Shown here one piece after another: positions 1 through 11,575 of a stretch of 64,000 nt of DNA. How positions within the stretch are numbered: the stretch's first letter is position 1; each line of letters begins with the position of its first letter. Below the pieces are notes generated by a model. The model searched no databases and was not told where the DNA came from. It saw only the letters and a program-made list of their open reading frames with translations. Source of the DNA: Callorhinchus milii (Eukaryota); the NCBI RefSeq assembly GCF_018977255.1, contig NW_024704742.1:36210001-36274000 (forward strand), read 5' to 3'. Position numbers and translations under genes: made by a program.

Positions 1-271
1 TTATCCTGATAAATTACTCCACAATTTTGCTGACATGAATCAGTGGCTAACTATCAATTTATCAACGGTACCTAATCCCCCACCCCCCACCTGCTTCCCA
101 ACACACACACACACACATTTGTACTACTTGCATAGAGAAGCGACGTCATTCCAAACTGCTGCAAATATTATAACAAGGAACAGTCACCATAACCTACACA
201 AAAAGGGACTTCAACCTTTCTTTGATTTGGATAGATTTTTCTTGTATTTTTCCCTTTACTTCCTGTCTTCG

Positions 272-545
272 ATCAACCGGTTGTCTGACACATGTAGAAA
301 TTACACTATGGTTATGAGTATCCAAAGCAGACTGAGAATTCCATATACGTATGCCCCTTCCACATAGAAATTTCCCTGAGTCTAGAATAGAATGTGCACT
401 CTCTCCCTGGAGGCATACGTCCTGCTTTACCTAATTCCAGGTTGTCAAGAGCCAAAGCTTGGGGACCCCAAAATGGGAGTTTGGGGATAGTTGAAGTTTA
501 ACCAACTAGAACTGCTTAGCTTGATTTTGAGAGCCAGGCTGGCTA
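272..545 (-). mobile_element. Unnamed ~600-bp dispersed repeat, partial copy A (3' half, internally deleted)
   Basis: Aligns by eye as the reverse complement of 27230-27515 and directly with 52450-52720 (tgtctgacacatg...gagtatccaaa...gaaatttccctga...gtgcactc...taattcca). Confidence 0.75.
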
Positions 546-1089
546 TACTAAATCAAGGATTATTATTATGTTTTAACTTTAAGGCCAGAAGAGTACTTGT
601 GCTGCCACACACAGGACAGTCACTATACTGTGCCAGACACTACTCCACCTCCACTGAAGCAACTAACCACAATAATTCTTTTTCACAGTACTTGTGAATT
701 GACCATAAAAGGCTTTGAACGCACTGAAAGTCTTAATCTTTACCATGGCAATTCCTCACTGTCATAATACATTTATACAACGCATAGATGGAATCACACA
801 TAAAACTATCAAAATTGTCTACTCTTTGAATATACATTGCAATGACAGACTCATAAATATTGGTGTAGACAGTTTTACAATATAAAGGTAACTAATCGGC
901 CAAGGCATATAGATCATTTGTTCAAGATCCCAGGTGAAAACTAAAATTCCTAGTAAATCAATAAGCATGAAGAGGTTTTCAATTTCATGTTTGACATTTG
1001 TAGACAAAATCTACCCCCCAAAAAAATTAGAAATACATTTCATCAATGATTTCTCTGAATGTATTGTTCATCCCCACAATGCAGGTTTG

Positions 1090-1204
1090 TGTTTCGTCTA
1101 CAAAATACAGTCAATCCACTTTACAATATATTCTGTGAGCACTTTGAGATGTCTCAACGATGTGAGAAGGCGCTACATCAAATGCAAGGATTATTATTAT
1201 TATT
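1090..1204 (+). mobile_element. tRNA-derived SINE, 3' fragment
   Basis: tacagtcaatccactttaca...caaatgcaaggattattattatt matches the tail of the full copies. Confidence 0.85.
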
Positions 1205-1629
1205 TAATTCATCCAAACTTTGAACGAATGAACCTCGGAGGAGCCACTTCTGTGTTCGTAGTACACTTCCCAGTAACATATGGCTGTTGAAAAACAAACA
1301 TCAGGAAAACAGCAGTGTAAATAGTGCGTTGTACCAAAAAAAGTGCCTTTTGAGACATTACGTGCATCTTCTCCAGGTAAACTCATGTAGCTCTGAAAAC
1401 GTAGCTCTACGATCTCAGGTTGGAGCTGTGTTCACATGAATCATTGTGACGTCCATCCCTTTACATCCCATTGCACCATTTCCATTGCTGTTTTCCTGAT
1501 GATTGTTTATTATAGCCCCCCCCCCCCCCCCCACACAAGTGCTGACCGTTGTGTATGGCTTTTTTCTTTGCATATTATTCAATATGTAGGGAGCACAGAA
1601 GAATGGATACCAGTACATCTTTCTTGCAC

Positions 1630-1760
1630 TTTGACCTTGGGTATATTAAGTTCATTTTGACCCTGGGTACATTACGCTTGCTTTGACCCTGGGCACAATA
1701 CGCTTGCGTTGCCCCAGAGTATGTCACACTCACTTTGACTTCCGGATTCTAACATTCTGT
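1630..1760. repeat. Degenerate 26-bp minisatellite, about 5 units
   Basis: tttgaccctgggtacattacgcttgc / tttgaccctgggcacaatacgcttgc, with more diverged flanking units at the same period. Confidence 0.7.
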
Positions 1761-2599
1761 TTGGTGTTGATTTCATTTTTTCTTTGTTGTCCATGCATGA
1801 TTCAGCCTCCATTTAAAAATGCTGAGGACAGTATCTTCTGCACTCCTCCCTGCAGTTCTGTCAATTAAAAACTGGCACGGGCTTAAAGCTTGCTAATCAA
1901 ATGATCATGTTGGCAAAACACGTCACTATATTCTCTTGTATTTAGTGGCTTGCATTTTCATTGATTCAATGGCGGCAACTCGCACAAGCACAACTCGCTG
2001 AAAAGAGCCCAAGTTATTTTGCTATTTTGACACAGGGAAAACCTCATTCTTTTCATTATGGGTTTGCCAGCCCCAAAAATAGCAGAACTCAAACTTAGGA
2101 TTCCTATTCAAAACTCCTTTAGCGTTCAGGACCTCCTGAATAAACTCTATCTGCATGTTTCGATGAGACACAGTTGGACTCTTTTACAATATTTCTTCTT
2201 ACTTTAGAATCTAATAAGACCTGAGAAGTTAATTGTTAAATGTTTGAGAAGCCTTGCAAAGTGTGAGCCTGTTCAGAGACCCTGTGCTGATCAGCTGTGA
2301 CTTGACTGCAACGAGAAGCAGAATAACTGCGAGTCACAAACCCCCCTAAACATACCCCTTTATAAATAGTAAATTGGACTAAGTGTTAGCAGTAACATCT
2401 TTCCAGCTTTCAACTCCTCTGATTTTTTTTGCTACAGTAATTATCTGACAAGTCATTCTAAACCTTTTTAAGAATCTAATTGACTACACAATAAAATCAG
2501 CATGAAAGCTAGAGAATAAGCCCCAAATAGTATCAATAATACGTTCAGTCCCCAAGACAGGGAAAAGGGTTTCTTTTAAAAACGATTTAGAGAGATTCG

Positions 2600-2800
2600 T
2601 ATTTTTTCCCCCATCCGTTTTTTCCCTCCAATTTTCTTTCCTTTCTCTGTACAGTTCAGTGTGTTGTGCAGAGTTCCAGTATATTGACCAAGCAGCCATA
2701 CAAGCTTGCCTAGTTGGCTATTCGACTGTGAGGGATCATTGCATGCAATCCTGACCCTATCCGTCCTGTCGTTCAAGATGGACACAGACACACACCAACT
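2600..2800 (-). mobile_element. Old SINE-like element, 3' part (same family as 34262-35050)
   Basis: Reverse complement reads ...gacagga...cacagtcgaatagcc...gaaagaaaattggaggg, similar to 34440-34560, 35020-35050 and 6080-6150. Confidence 0.5.
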
Positions 2801-2887
2801 CACAAACCTTGAATGTGTTTAACCTGGAAGTCCATGTATATTCAATCAGTGCTAGTTGGTTTGATAAACATTATTATTTTTACCGCA

Positions 2888-3003
2888 TAATAATAATAAT
2901 AGTCCTTGCATTTGATATAGCGCTTTTCACGTCTTCTAGACGTTCTCAAAGCGCTTCACAGAATATACTGTAAAGTGAATTGACTGTATATTTGTGGGTG
3001 AAA
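2888..3003 (-). mobile_element. tRNA-derived SINE, 3' fragment
   Basis: (aat)n ccttgcatttgatatagcgcttttcacgtc is the reverse complement of the SINE tail. Confidence 0.85.
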
Positions 3004-3793
3004 CACTATTTTCTGTGAAAATTCTTTGAATTTGGCTGGTGATACGTCAATCACAAAATATCCACAGAGTGATCAATAATAGCACAGGGGTTAAAATTCT
3101 AATCACGTCCCATTCCACAATTAAGGAACAAGATTAAAATGTGTTTTACAATCTTCCCCCAACCCCCCCCCCCCCCCCCCGGACACATGCTTCGGAAGAA
3201 CCTTAACACGAAAGCCGACTGAAAACGGTTACCAGCTAACTCCTTTGATTTACGCTTAGCAAGGCATCTGTTTTCGAGGCCAGCAGTCTTTCAAATCTGA
3301 TTTATAGGGTTTGGATTTAGGAAAGTGGCATTGAAATGTTGCAATCCAAAGATCCAAACCATCAACTTATACCGCTAAAAGAAACAAAGGCAAGAGAATA
3401 GCAGTCAGCGTGGCTACACCTGATAGATTGTGTGAACACGTGGACGTCAGGCGAAGAACAGATTGGGCCCAGAAATAATACTTCATTAGTCACACAATCT
3501 ACAATATAAAAAGATTAACCACAATTAAATGTAGGGCTTTAGAATGCTTCCTGGTTAGGTTTAGCTTCGTTTAGAGTACAGGTTTATTGTGGATCTTTGC
3601 TATACTGTAAGCACAGTACACACTCAGGTAAACACTCATGTTTGATACAAAGCAAAACGGGTATTAAATGTTATATTCAATAGATTGGATATCCTCCTTA
3701 GGTGTCATTTGTGTTACATGTGTTAAAGATGTTAAAAACGTTGTTCTGTTCAGGGAGTGTTTGGTGGAATTTATTATACAATACATTGCATGT

Positions 3794-4106
3794 GGAGTCC
3801 TGTAGCTCAGTGGTTAGAGCACTCGCTTTGCAAGCGAGAGACCTGAGTTCATTTCCAGGCAGGGCGAAACCTTGGGCAAGTTTCCTTACTCCACACGCCT
3901 AATAATAATCCCTCCAAAACCAAAAACAATAATAAATTGGTCATTTTCAATCCACGACTGTTTGTGGGACATTGCTGTGCGCAATTGGCTGCCGCGTTCT
4001 CCCACAAATATACAGTCAATTCACTTTACAGTATATTCTGTGAAGCGCTTTGGGACGTCCTCCCGACGTGAAAAGCGCTATATCAAATGCAAGGATTATT
4101 ATTATT
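3794..4106 (+). mobile_element. Full-length tRNA-Ala(TGC)-derived SINE, short subfamily
   Basis: Head ggagtcctgtagctcagtggttagagc (A box), anticodon arm ctcgc-ttTGCaa-gcgag, B-box-like gagttcatttcc, L2-like tail and (TTA)n end. Nearly identical to the 8434, 30095, 33882 and 45368 copies. Confidence 0.92.
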
Positions 4107-4279
4107 AAGACGTGGGCCATAATCTGAGCTGGTAGAAAACTGTGGAAATATTTGCAAAAAATTGTGGCACGCTTTAAAAATCTTGCAGGAAATTGCGGAG
4201 GCTTCTCTGAATTTTGCGGGGAAATTGCGGGGGGCTGGTTGGTGCTATTGAGATGAATTTTGCTGCTAATCTACATTTA

Positions 4280-4626
4280 GGAGTCCTGTAGACAGTGGTT
4301 AGAGCACTCGCCTCCCAAGCGGGAGACCTGGGTTTGATTCCTGGCAGGGCGAAATGTTGGGCAAGTTTCTTTATTCCACATATCTCTGCTTACTTAGCAG
4401 TAAGTGGGAACCCGGTTGTTAGTCGATTGGTGGATCACTTTTCCAGGGATAATAATAATAATTCCTTCAAAAAAAATAATAAATTGGTCACTTCAAATCA
4501 TGACTGTTTGTAGGACACTGCTGTGCGCAATTGGCTGCCGCGTTTCACCCACAACATATACAGTCAATTCACTTTACAGTATAGTCTGCAAAATGCTTTG
4601 AGATGTCTCGAAGACATGATAAGGCA
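4280..4626 (+). mobile_element. tRNA-derived SINE, long subfamily, tail fused to an L2 fragment
   Basis: Same head, plus an extra segment of about 70 bp (ctctgcttacttagcagtaagtgggaacccggttgttagtcgattgg). Lacks the terminal (TTA)n. Confidence 0.88.
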
Positions 4627-5895
4627 TTCATCACATCCAGGCTCGATTACGGTAACTTCTGCTTGTCGGTCTTCCCAACTTTTCCCTCCTCAAGCTGCAG
4701 ATTATTCAGAACTTTCCGGCTCGTGTTCTCTCCCGCATCAGGCTCTGTGAACCCATCACCCTCATCCTCACCCGGCTCCAATGGCTTCCCATCTCCAGAG
4801 GATCGAGTTCAAAATCCTTGTCTTTGCTTTCATGGCCTTGCTCACACTTCCTTCACTTCATCTCCACAAACGGTTTCTCCTCTAGCCCCCACATCATCTT
4901 GTGCTGCATTCCTCAGGGCTCTGTTCTTGGTCCCCTCCGCTTCAATATCTATATGCTCCCTCTTGGTGGCATCTTCCGCAGACATGGGGTCAAATTCCAA
5001 TGTATGCGGATGACACCCAACTCCACCTCTCTGCCTCCACCCTCAACTCCAGGACCACTGCTGTGCTGACAGAATGTCTGTCAGACATCAAGTCCTGGAT
5101 AAGAGCGAACTTTCTTCAGTTGAACGTCAACAAGATTGACGCCCTCCTGATGGCTCCCATCAGCGCTTCCACACCTCAGGCGCTGAGAGCATCACCATCC
5201 ATGGATCACACTCCACCTTACTAAGCCAGTCTGGAACTTTGGCATCTTGTTTGACCCTCAACCATCCTTTCCACCCCACATTTAACCCATCACCCGTTCT
5301 GCCTTCCCCCACCTCTGCAACGTTGCCCGGCTCCACCACTGCCTCACACCGCAGGCCACCAAAACCCTTATAACATGCATTCGTAACATCGAGGCTTGAC
5401 TATGCAAACTCACTGCTTGTCGGCCTCCCCAACTCCTCCCTCCATAGGCTGCAGATCATCCAGAACTCTGCAGCCCGTGTCCTCTCCCGCACCAGGCTCC
5501 ATGACCCTATCACCCCCATCCTTGCCCGACTCCACTGGCTTCCCATGGTTTTGTTTCCCCCCTACCTCTGTGACCTCCTAACCCCCTACCATCCTGCCCG
5601 CTCCCTCCACAGTGGGCTCCAGCCTCCCCCGCCTTGCCCCCCCACCCCACCATTGACGGTTGGGCCTTCAGCCTTTCTGCCCCTACCCATTGGAACTCAA
5701 TCCCAGCTTATTTGCCTTACCCCCTTCCTTGCCTCTTTCAAGGCCCATTTCAAGCCCTTCCTTTTCGACTATGCCTTCGGTCACACTCTTATCCCTACCC
5801 TCCATGTCCTCCACCCTCCTGATACCAACCACCAGCTTGGGCGCACATCCTTGATTGTCGAGCGTTTTGGTAAGTCCTGACATCATTTTGCAAAG
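4624..5895 (+). mobile_element. L2-clade LINE fragments (ORF2 RT C-terminal part and 3' end), rearranged and frameshifted
   Basis: Translations [25 protein letters not shown] and [11 protein letters not shown]...IKSWIRANFLQLN are typical of L2 reverse transcriptase. Confidence 0.9.
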
Positions 5896-7399
5896 GAAGT
5901 GCACAGGAACTCACATCAATGATACTTCCTGGATAGCATGCGTACACCACAGGAATTAACATCAATGATGATGGATAACCTAGAAGTTGTGTATTTTTGT
6001 GTGCTTCATTATAACATTATAACATGGCTGGCCTCTGAGATACTGGACCTTGTTGTCCTGTACTGAAGACTGGCCTGGATCCACTGCAAATAGACCCAGA
6101 GGATGACAGTACCTCAGGAAAGTAGGGGGAGAAAATTGGAGGAAGAAATAAATAAGTAATTACATTTTTGAGGATTTAACACGGAATTATAAAAAATTTA
6201 TTATGGGATAGCTATCTTCCTTTAGGGACTGCTTTCTCTTGCGCAACAAACTACTTTAAATGTTGATCCTTCTGTAAATAGGCAAAGCACACATGTATGT
6301 CTTGCATCTGTCTACTTCATTCTGACAATGATGCATACTAGCATTGAATATCAAAGACAGATCATCCATCAGTCATCCTATTCATAGTGAGGGCATATAT
6401 TGACATTTTCAGTATTTCATGATTGCCAATACAATTCAATAGAAATAGGTCAAAGATAATCTCCCTTTAAAGGATTTCAAAGCAACAGGGCAAGCATTGC
6501 CTTTTAACCCTTTGAGGCCTAGTTTAGTTAATCGTCAACATTACCAAAAGAAAATCCAGAGTGTAATTCAGTTATATACAAATCATTCTATAATAACCAT
6601 ACTTACACCAGCAATTGATTTCCTTTTCTATAGAGGACATAAAAATATGGGCAAAAGTATAACTTGTAGTCTGGTTTAGGGTATTTACATGGTCTCAACA
6701 TATAATTGATCTTTTCTCTCTCTGCCCTGGAATCAGAGGTTTGTCATAGAAATAAAGAATTATCATAGTCCAGTATTAGCATTCAACAGGATTCTGACTT
6801 TATCAATGTCGGAATAATTTTTCTGGCAGATTACGAACAGTTATCTGCTGATTAGACCCACTAAACTATGGCCCATTATCCTCAAATTCAATGTATTGTA
6901 CAATAAACTCTGCCATACTTAACACACGTAACACAAATAAAATCACACCAAGGTATCCAATCCAATTGAATACAACATGTAATAGCCATTTTATTTGTAT
7001 CAATAAATAACTGTGTTAAATGGTACAGTTTCTCAAACGCTATTTCAACGCTATTCATGCATTCTGATATATTTTTATAAGTCGTGGTATAAGGAGTGTT
7101 CTGTTCATGAATTAATATTTTATAATTGTGAGTCGGGCATTACAATTCCATGACCCACCTTTGGCCCATGGAAGATACTAAACTGTATGGGGTACTTTGT
7201 GGACGTGTTACTTATTCCGCATTCATTTCAAAATACACGAAAATATTTAAACCTTATTGGCTTTTTCATCTTGTTGCTGCAATGATACAGAGCACAAAAT
7301 TTAAATATCATGTGGAAATGGGAGGATCTTGTTTGACTGTTTAACTTTCAGACCTGGGTGCCTGAAATCTTGCATGATTTCCCCCCCTCCCCATACACA

Positions 7400-8057
7400 A
7401 CAAGAGCAACAAAATTACATATATAGAGCATCTTTCACAGCGGGAGGACATCCTAAGGCGCTGGACAGTCAGAGGTCAGGACCCAAGCATGGGGGAGGGG
7501 TGGGGGAGGTGTGAGGGAAGGCAGGGAGGTGGGAGAGCGACCGAAGGCACGACCGTAGATGAGGGTCTTGAGCCCGGTCTTGAAGGAGTCAAGAGAGGAA
7601 GCGAGGCGAAGGGACTGTGGGATGGAGTTCCAGAGTGTGGGGGCAGAGCGGCTGAAAGCCCGGCCACCGATGGTAGGCGGGTCGGGCGGGAGATATGGAG
7701 GAGGCCGGAGCCCGCTGAACGGAGGGAGCAGGCAGGTTGGTAGGGAGTCAGCAGGTCAGAGAGATAGGAGGAGGCAAGGCCATGGATGGCCTTGAAAGTG
7801 AGGACGAGGATCTTGAATTTGATCCTCTGGGGAATGGAGAGCCAGTGGAATCGGGCGAGGGTGGAAGTGATGGGGTCACATAGCCTGGTGCACGAGAGTA
7901 CACGAGCTGCAGAGTTTTGGATGATCTGCAGCTTGTGAAGGGAAGAGTTGGGAAGGCCGACGAGGAGGGAATTTCCATAATCGAGCCTTGATGTGACGAA
8001 TTGGTGGGAGAAGGTTTAAGGCAGCCTGAGGGGTGAGGCAGTGGCGGAGTCTGGCAC
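7400..8057 (-). mobile_element. L2-clade LINE 3' fragment
   Basis: Homologous to 36841-37500. ARLRHCLTPQA motif and L2 tail at about 7405-7470. Confidence 0.88.
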
Positions 8058-8433
8058 ACACACACAGCTTTAACATAATGGTTGCATCCAGACTTTCCCT
8101 TATTCCCGATCACACAGCCAACAATTGATCACAGCTAAAAGTAGGATATTCATTTCATCTGCACTTTGTGAAACAGCAGTCAAATTCTGACTCCTGAGTC
8201 CAAATCAAAGGCAACTACCAACAAGCAAGATGGTATTTAAGGACCTATTCATTGTGCCAAAGTCGATTAATAGGGGCAAGACACTACAAAGCCATACTTA
8301 GCACATGGGAAGATAGAAAGTCCATTGTATCTCGATTTACTCTATTAATTGTCAGTGGTCATTTTACACGTAAAATTGTACTAACTGCTTTTCTGTCATG
8401 GTCAGTGTTGGTGTGGACCGGGCAATATTTTAT

Positions 8434-8746
8434 GGAGTCCTGTAGCTCAGTGGTTACAGCACTCGCTTTGCAAGCGAGAGACCTGAGTTCAATTCCAGGC
8501 AGAGAGAAACCTTGGGTAAGTTTCCTTACTCCACACACCTAATAATAATCCCTCCCAAACCAAAACAATAATAAATTGATCATTTTCAATCTACGACTGT
8601 TTGTGGGACACTGCTGTGCACAATTGGCTGCCGCATTCACCCACAAATATACAGTCAATTCACTTTACAGTGTATTCTGTGAAGTGCTTTGGGACATCCT
8701 CCCGACGTGAAAAGCGCTATATCAAATGCAAGGATTATTATTATTA
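8434..8746 (+). mobile_element. Full-length tRNA-derived SINE, short subfamily
   Basis: Colinear with 3794-4106, with A/B boxes and (TTA)n end. Confidence 0.92.
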
Positions 8747-9843
8747 GTAGTAGTAGTAATGAATACTGTCAGATATTGTGAAAGAGTGAGATAACAGTGA
8801 TTAAACTTACAACCATGTACAAATTAATGGTATCTGTGGTCTTGAGCTAATTTTTTTCTAAGGTATTGTTTAAGAGAAGACAATTAATTATATGGCATTA
8901 TCTCAGAGGATTAAGTGATCTAAATGTTAAAAATTCTAACCATAGTTCCTGTGAGCCCAAAGTGATGTCCAAATAATTAATCTTGCACAAAATTAAACAA
9001 CTGATGGACGACAGAGATCTTCACAGTTAAACTAATTAAAGATGTTATAAAATCCATACACTATTCTCTTGAGTTATTTAGAGACAGAGATTCTCTTATG
9101 GACCTGGTTACTGCTCCCACTGAGGGCAGTTTTTGAGACATCCTGCACACTTGCAAGGTGTTGGGCAGAAAAGATTGCCAGCTTTTCCTAGATTTTTGCT
9201 GTAGGCAGTTCTTTCAAGATTAGTTACTGATAGACAAATTGTAAGTCAATCCTCTTCATGTGCCAGGTGTGTGGTGGGTTCCATACCCCTGGAGTTGATA
9301 TCCTTTGTAAATGTTCACTCCGTCCTGATACAAAGCAGTGAGAGTAAAACTCCAATTTCCTGGCCTAAGAACATCTTCTCTGTGGCTCAGAAAATGAGGA
9401 GCTTATATACCTGTAGGACCAGCAGTTCTTTGGATTCAGCACTCTCTCTGACTGTGCTGAATAAATAACTGCTCTGAAATGAAAGGACTTGTAAAGTGAA
9501 AAGTGTCGCTCTCTTTCTGACAGTCTCCCAGACTCAGCTAATCTGAGGAGACAAGCTTCTTATATCACAAAAACTATCAGCCAACTAATAATTCAGCTAG
9601 TGCCTGTGGGGAGTAACAAGTCACCGAGTGGATGTAAAATATCTTGAATCCAGGAGTAGAGAAGAGTAGTACTAGTTCTATTCTGCCTTAAAATGCAGGG
9701 ATAAGCACTCTACAGTTTGGGAGTCATCTTTAGCACATGTTTCTTTTAAGTCTTGTTACTGCTTTATGAAGCCTTTTAATGTGGCACCAACTTGGTTACC
9801 AAATAGGAATCTCCCAGTGTCTAACAATTTCCATTTGTAGGGT

Positions 9844-10158
9844 GGAGTCCTGCAGCTCACTGGTTAGAGCACTCGACTCACAAGCGAGAAACCTGGGTTT
9901 GATTCCCGGCAGGGCAAAACCTTGGGCAGGTTTCCTTACTCCACACGCCTGATAATAATCCCTCAAGAAAAAAACACAATTATACATTGGTCAATTCAAA
10001 CCACGACTGTTTGCGAGACACTGCTGTGCACAATTGGCTGCCGTGTTTTGCCCACAAATATACAGTCAATTCACTTGACAGTATATTCTGTGAAGCGCTT
10101 TGAGACATCTAGAAAACGTGAAAAGCGTTATATAAAATGCAAGGATCATTATTATTAT
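9844..10158 (+). mobile_element. Full-length tRNA-derived SINE (short body, older-type tail)
   Basis: Colinear with the other copies. Tail reads gagacatctagaaaacgtgaaaagcg. Confidence 0.9.
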
Positions 10159-10178
10159 ACTTTTATTATTATTCTATT

Positions 10179-10470
10179 AATAATTATCCTTGCATTTGAT
10201 ATAGATCCTTATCACGTCCTCAAGACGTGTCAAAGTGCTTTACAGAATATACTATGAAGTGAATTCACTGTATATTTTGTGAGCGAAACGCATTAGCCAA
10301 TTGTGCACAGCAGTGTTCCACAAACAGCCGTGGATTGAGTAACCAATTCATTATTTTTTTAAGGAATTATTAACCCCTGAAAAGGGATCTGCCAATCGAC
10401 TAACAATCGGGTTCCTACTTACTGCTAGGTAAACAAAGGTGTTTGGAGTAAGTAAACTTGCCCAACGTTC
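10179..10470 (-). mobile_element. tRNA-derived SINE, long subfamily, head missing
   Basis: Reverse complement of the long-variant body and tail. Lies tail-to-tail with the 9844 copy. Confidence 0.85.
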
Positions 10471-11159
10471 TCTTGTAAGTTAAAGGAAAAAGTCAGACAT
10501 GTGTGGAACAGACATCCCTCACCCCACATCAAGTGCCTGAATGGTGAGCTACTGGAGTGGCTCAGCCAACTGGATGATATTATCTGCATCAACCTGAGCT
10601 GTCACTGGTAGGTACAGAACACTTCCTATCTGAGAAGCCTGTTAGTGGATAAAAATTTGACCCAGATGACCTGATGAAAAAACAATTTTCTGGGAGTTGA
10701 TCTGTGCTTATACACATTTCTCTAATCAAACTGCAATTGTTAAGCTGGTCATATTTTTGATTTTACAAAGCCTGGACATTTTAGTGGGGAAACCAAAGCT
10801 GTCTGACAGAATGTTTGCTTTGGTGATGCATCAGTATTCAAATCCCAAAACGTGAAGCATTCAAACTCAGAAAACAGCAACGTAGTCCAGAAATAGCTGC
10901 ATAAGCAGGAGAGGCAGATTTACTTTTTCCACAAAATGATTGTCAGGTCAGTAAACAATGATCAGAATTGATTTGTATAATGTATTCAGCCAAGGAAGTG
11001 GATAATAAAGGACATACTGATAAGGATTATTTGCAAGTGAACTTAGTTTCTCTATACAATAGTGATATTTGTTGTATGTTATCAACAATTACAGAAAGTT
11101 AAGAATATGCAGCAAAACATACACGTAATCGAATAGATTAATAAATGATAAGGATTATT

Positions 11160-11575
11160 TCCCAATCCTCAGAAGAGATGCGGAGGATTTTTAGAAGAAT
11201 TATTCCAAGGATGTAAGGCTACAGTTATGAGGAGAGATTGGAAAAACTGGGTCTTATTGGAGCGGAAAAAGTTATTTCCATTGATAGGAGAGCCAGGAAG
11301 GAGGGGACATAGTTGCAAAATAAGCACAAGAACAATGAAAGGAGAACTTAGGAGGATTTTTTCAGTCAGAAACTAGTTGGGATGTGAAATGCCCTGCTGA
11401 GTAGGGAGGTGGATGTAGAATCCATTGTAGCTTTCAAGAGGGAAGTAGACAGGCATATGGAAAAGAGTGTCTTGAAGGGGGAATGGGCATAAGGCAGGAC
11501 AGTGGGATTAAATTGATCTGCTTACTTTGTAAACCAACACAGACTAAATGGGCCGAATGGCCTCCTTTGTACCGT
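11160..11575 (+). mobile_element. Old CR1-type LINE 3' fragment
   Basis: tatgaggagagattggaaaaactggg (YEERLEKLG) and terminal atgggccgaatggcctcct typical of CR1 3' ends. Confidence 0.75.

Noticed and set aside
1630..1760. CRISPR-like array
   Set aside because: Contiguous tandem units without unique spacers, in a vertebrate-type context with no cas genes.
2600..2660. Strong + strand polypyrimidine tract and AG as a host acceptor
   Set aside because: It is the antisense of the purine-rich tail of an old SINE-like element, and no matching donor or ORF follows.
3794..3866. Functional tRNA-Ala(TGC) genes at the SINE heads
   Set aside because: The acceptor stem is not complementary, there is no oligo-T terminator after the head, and each continues into a shared body and L2 tail.
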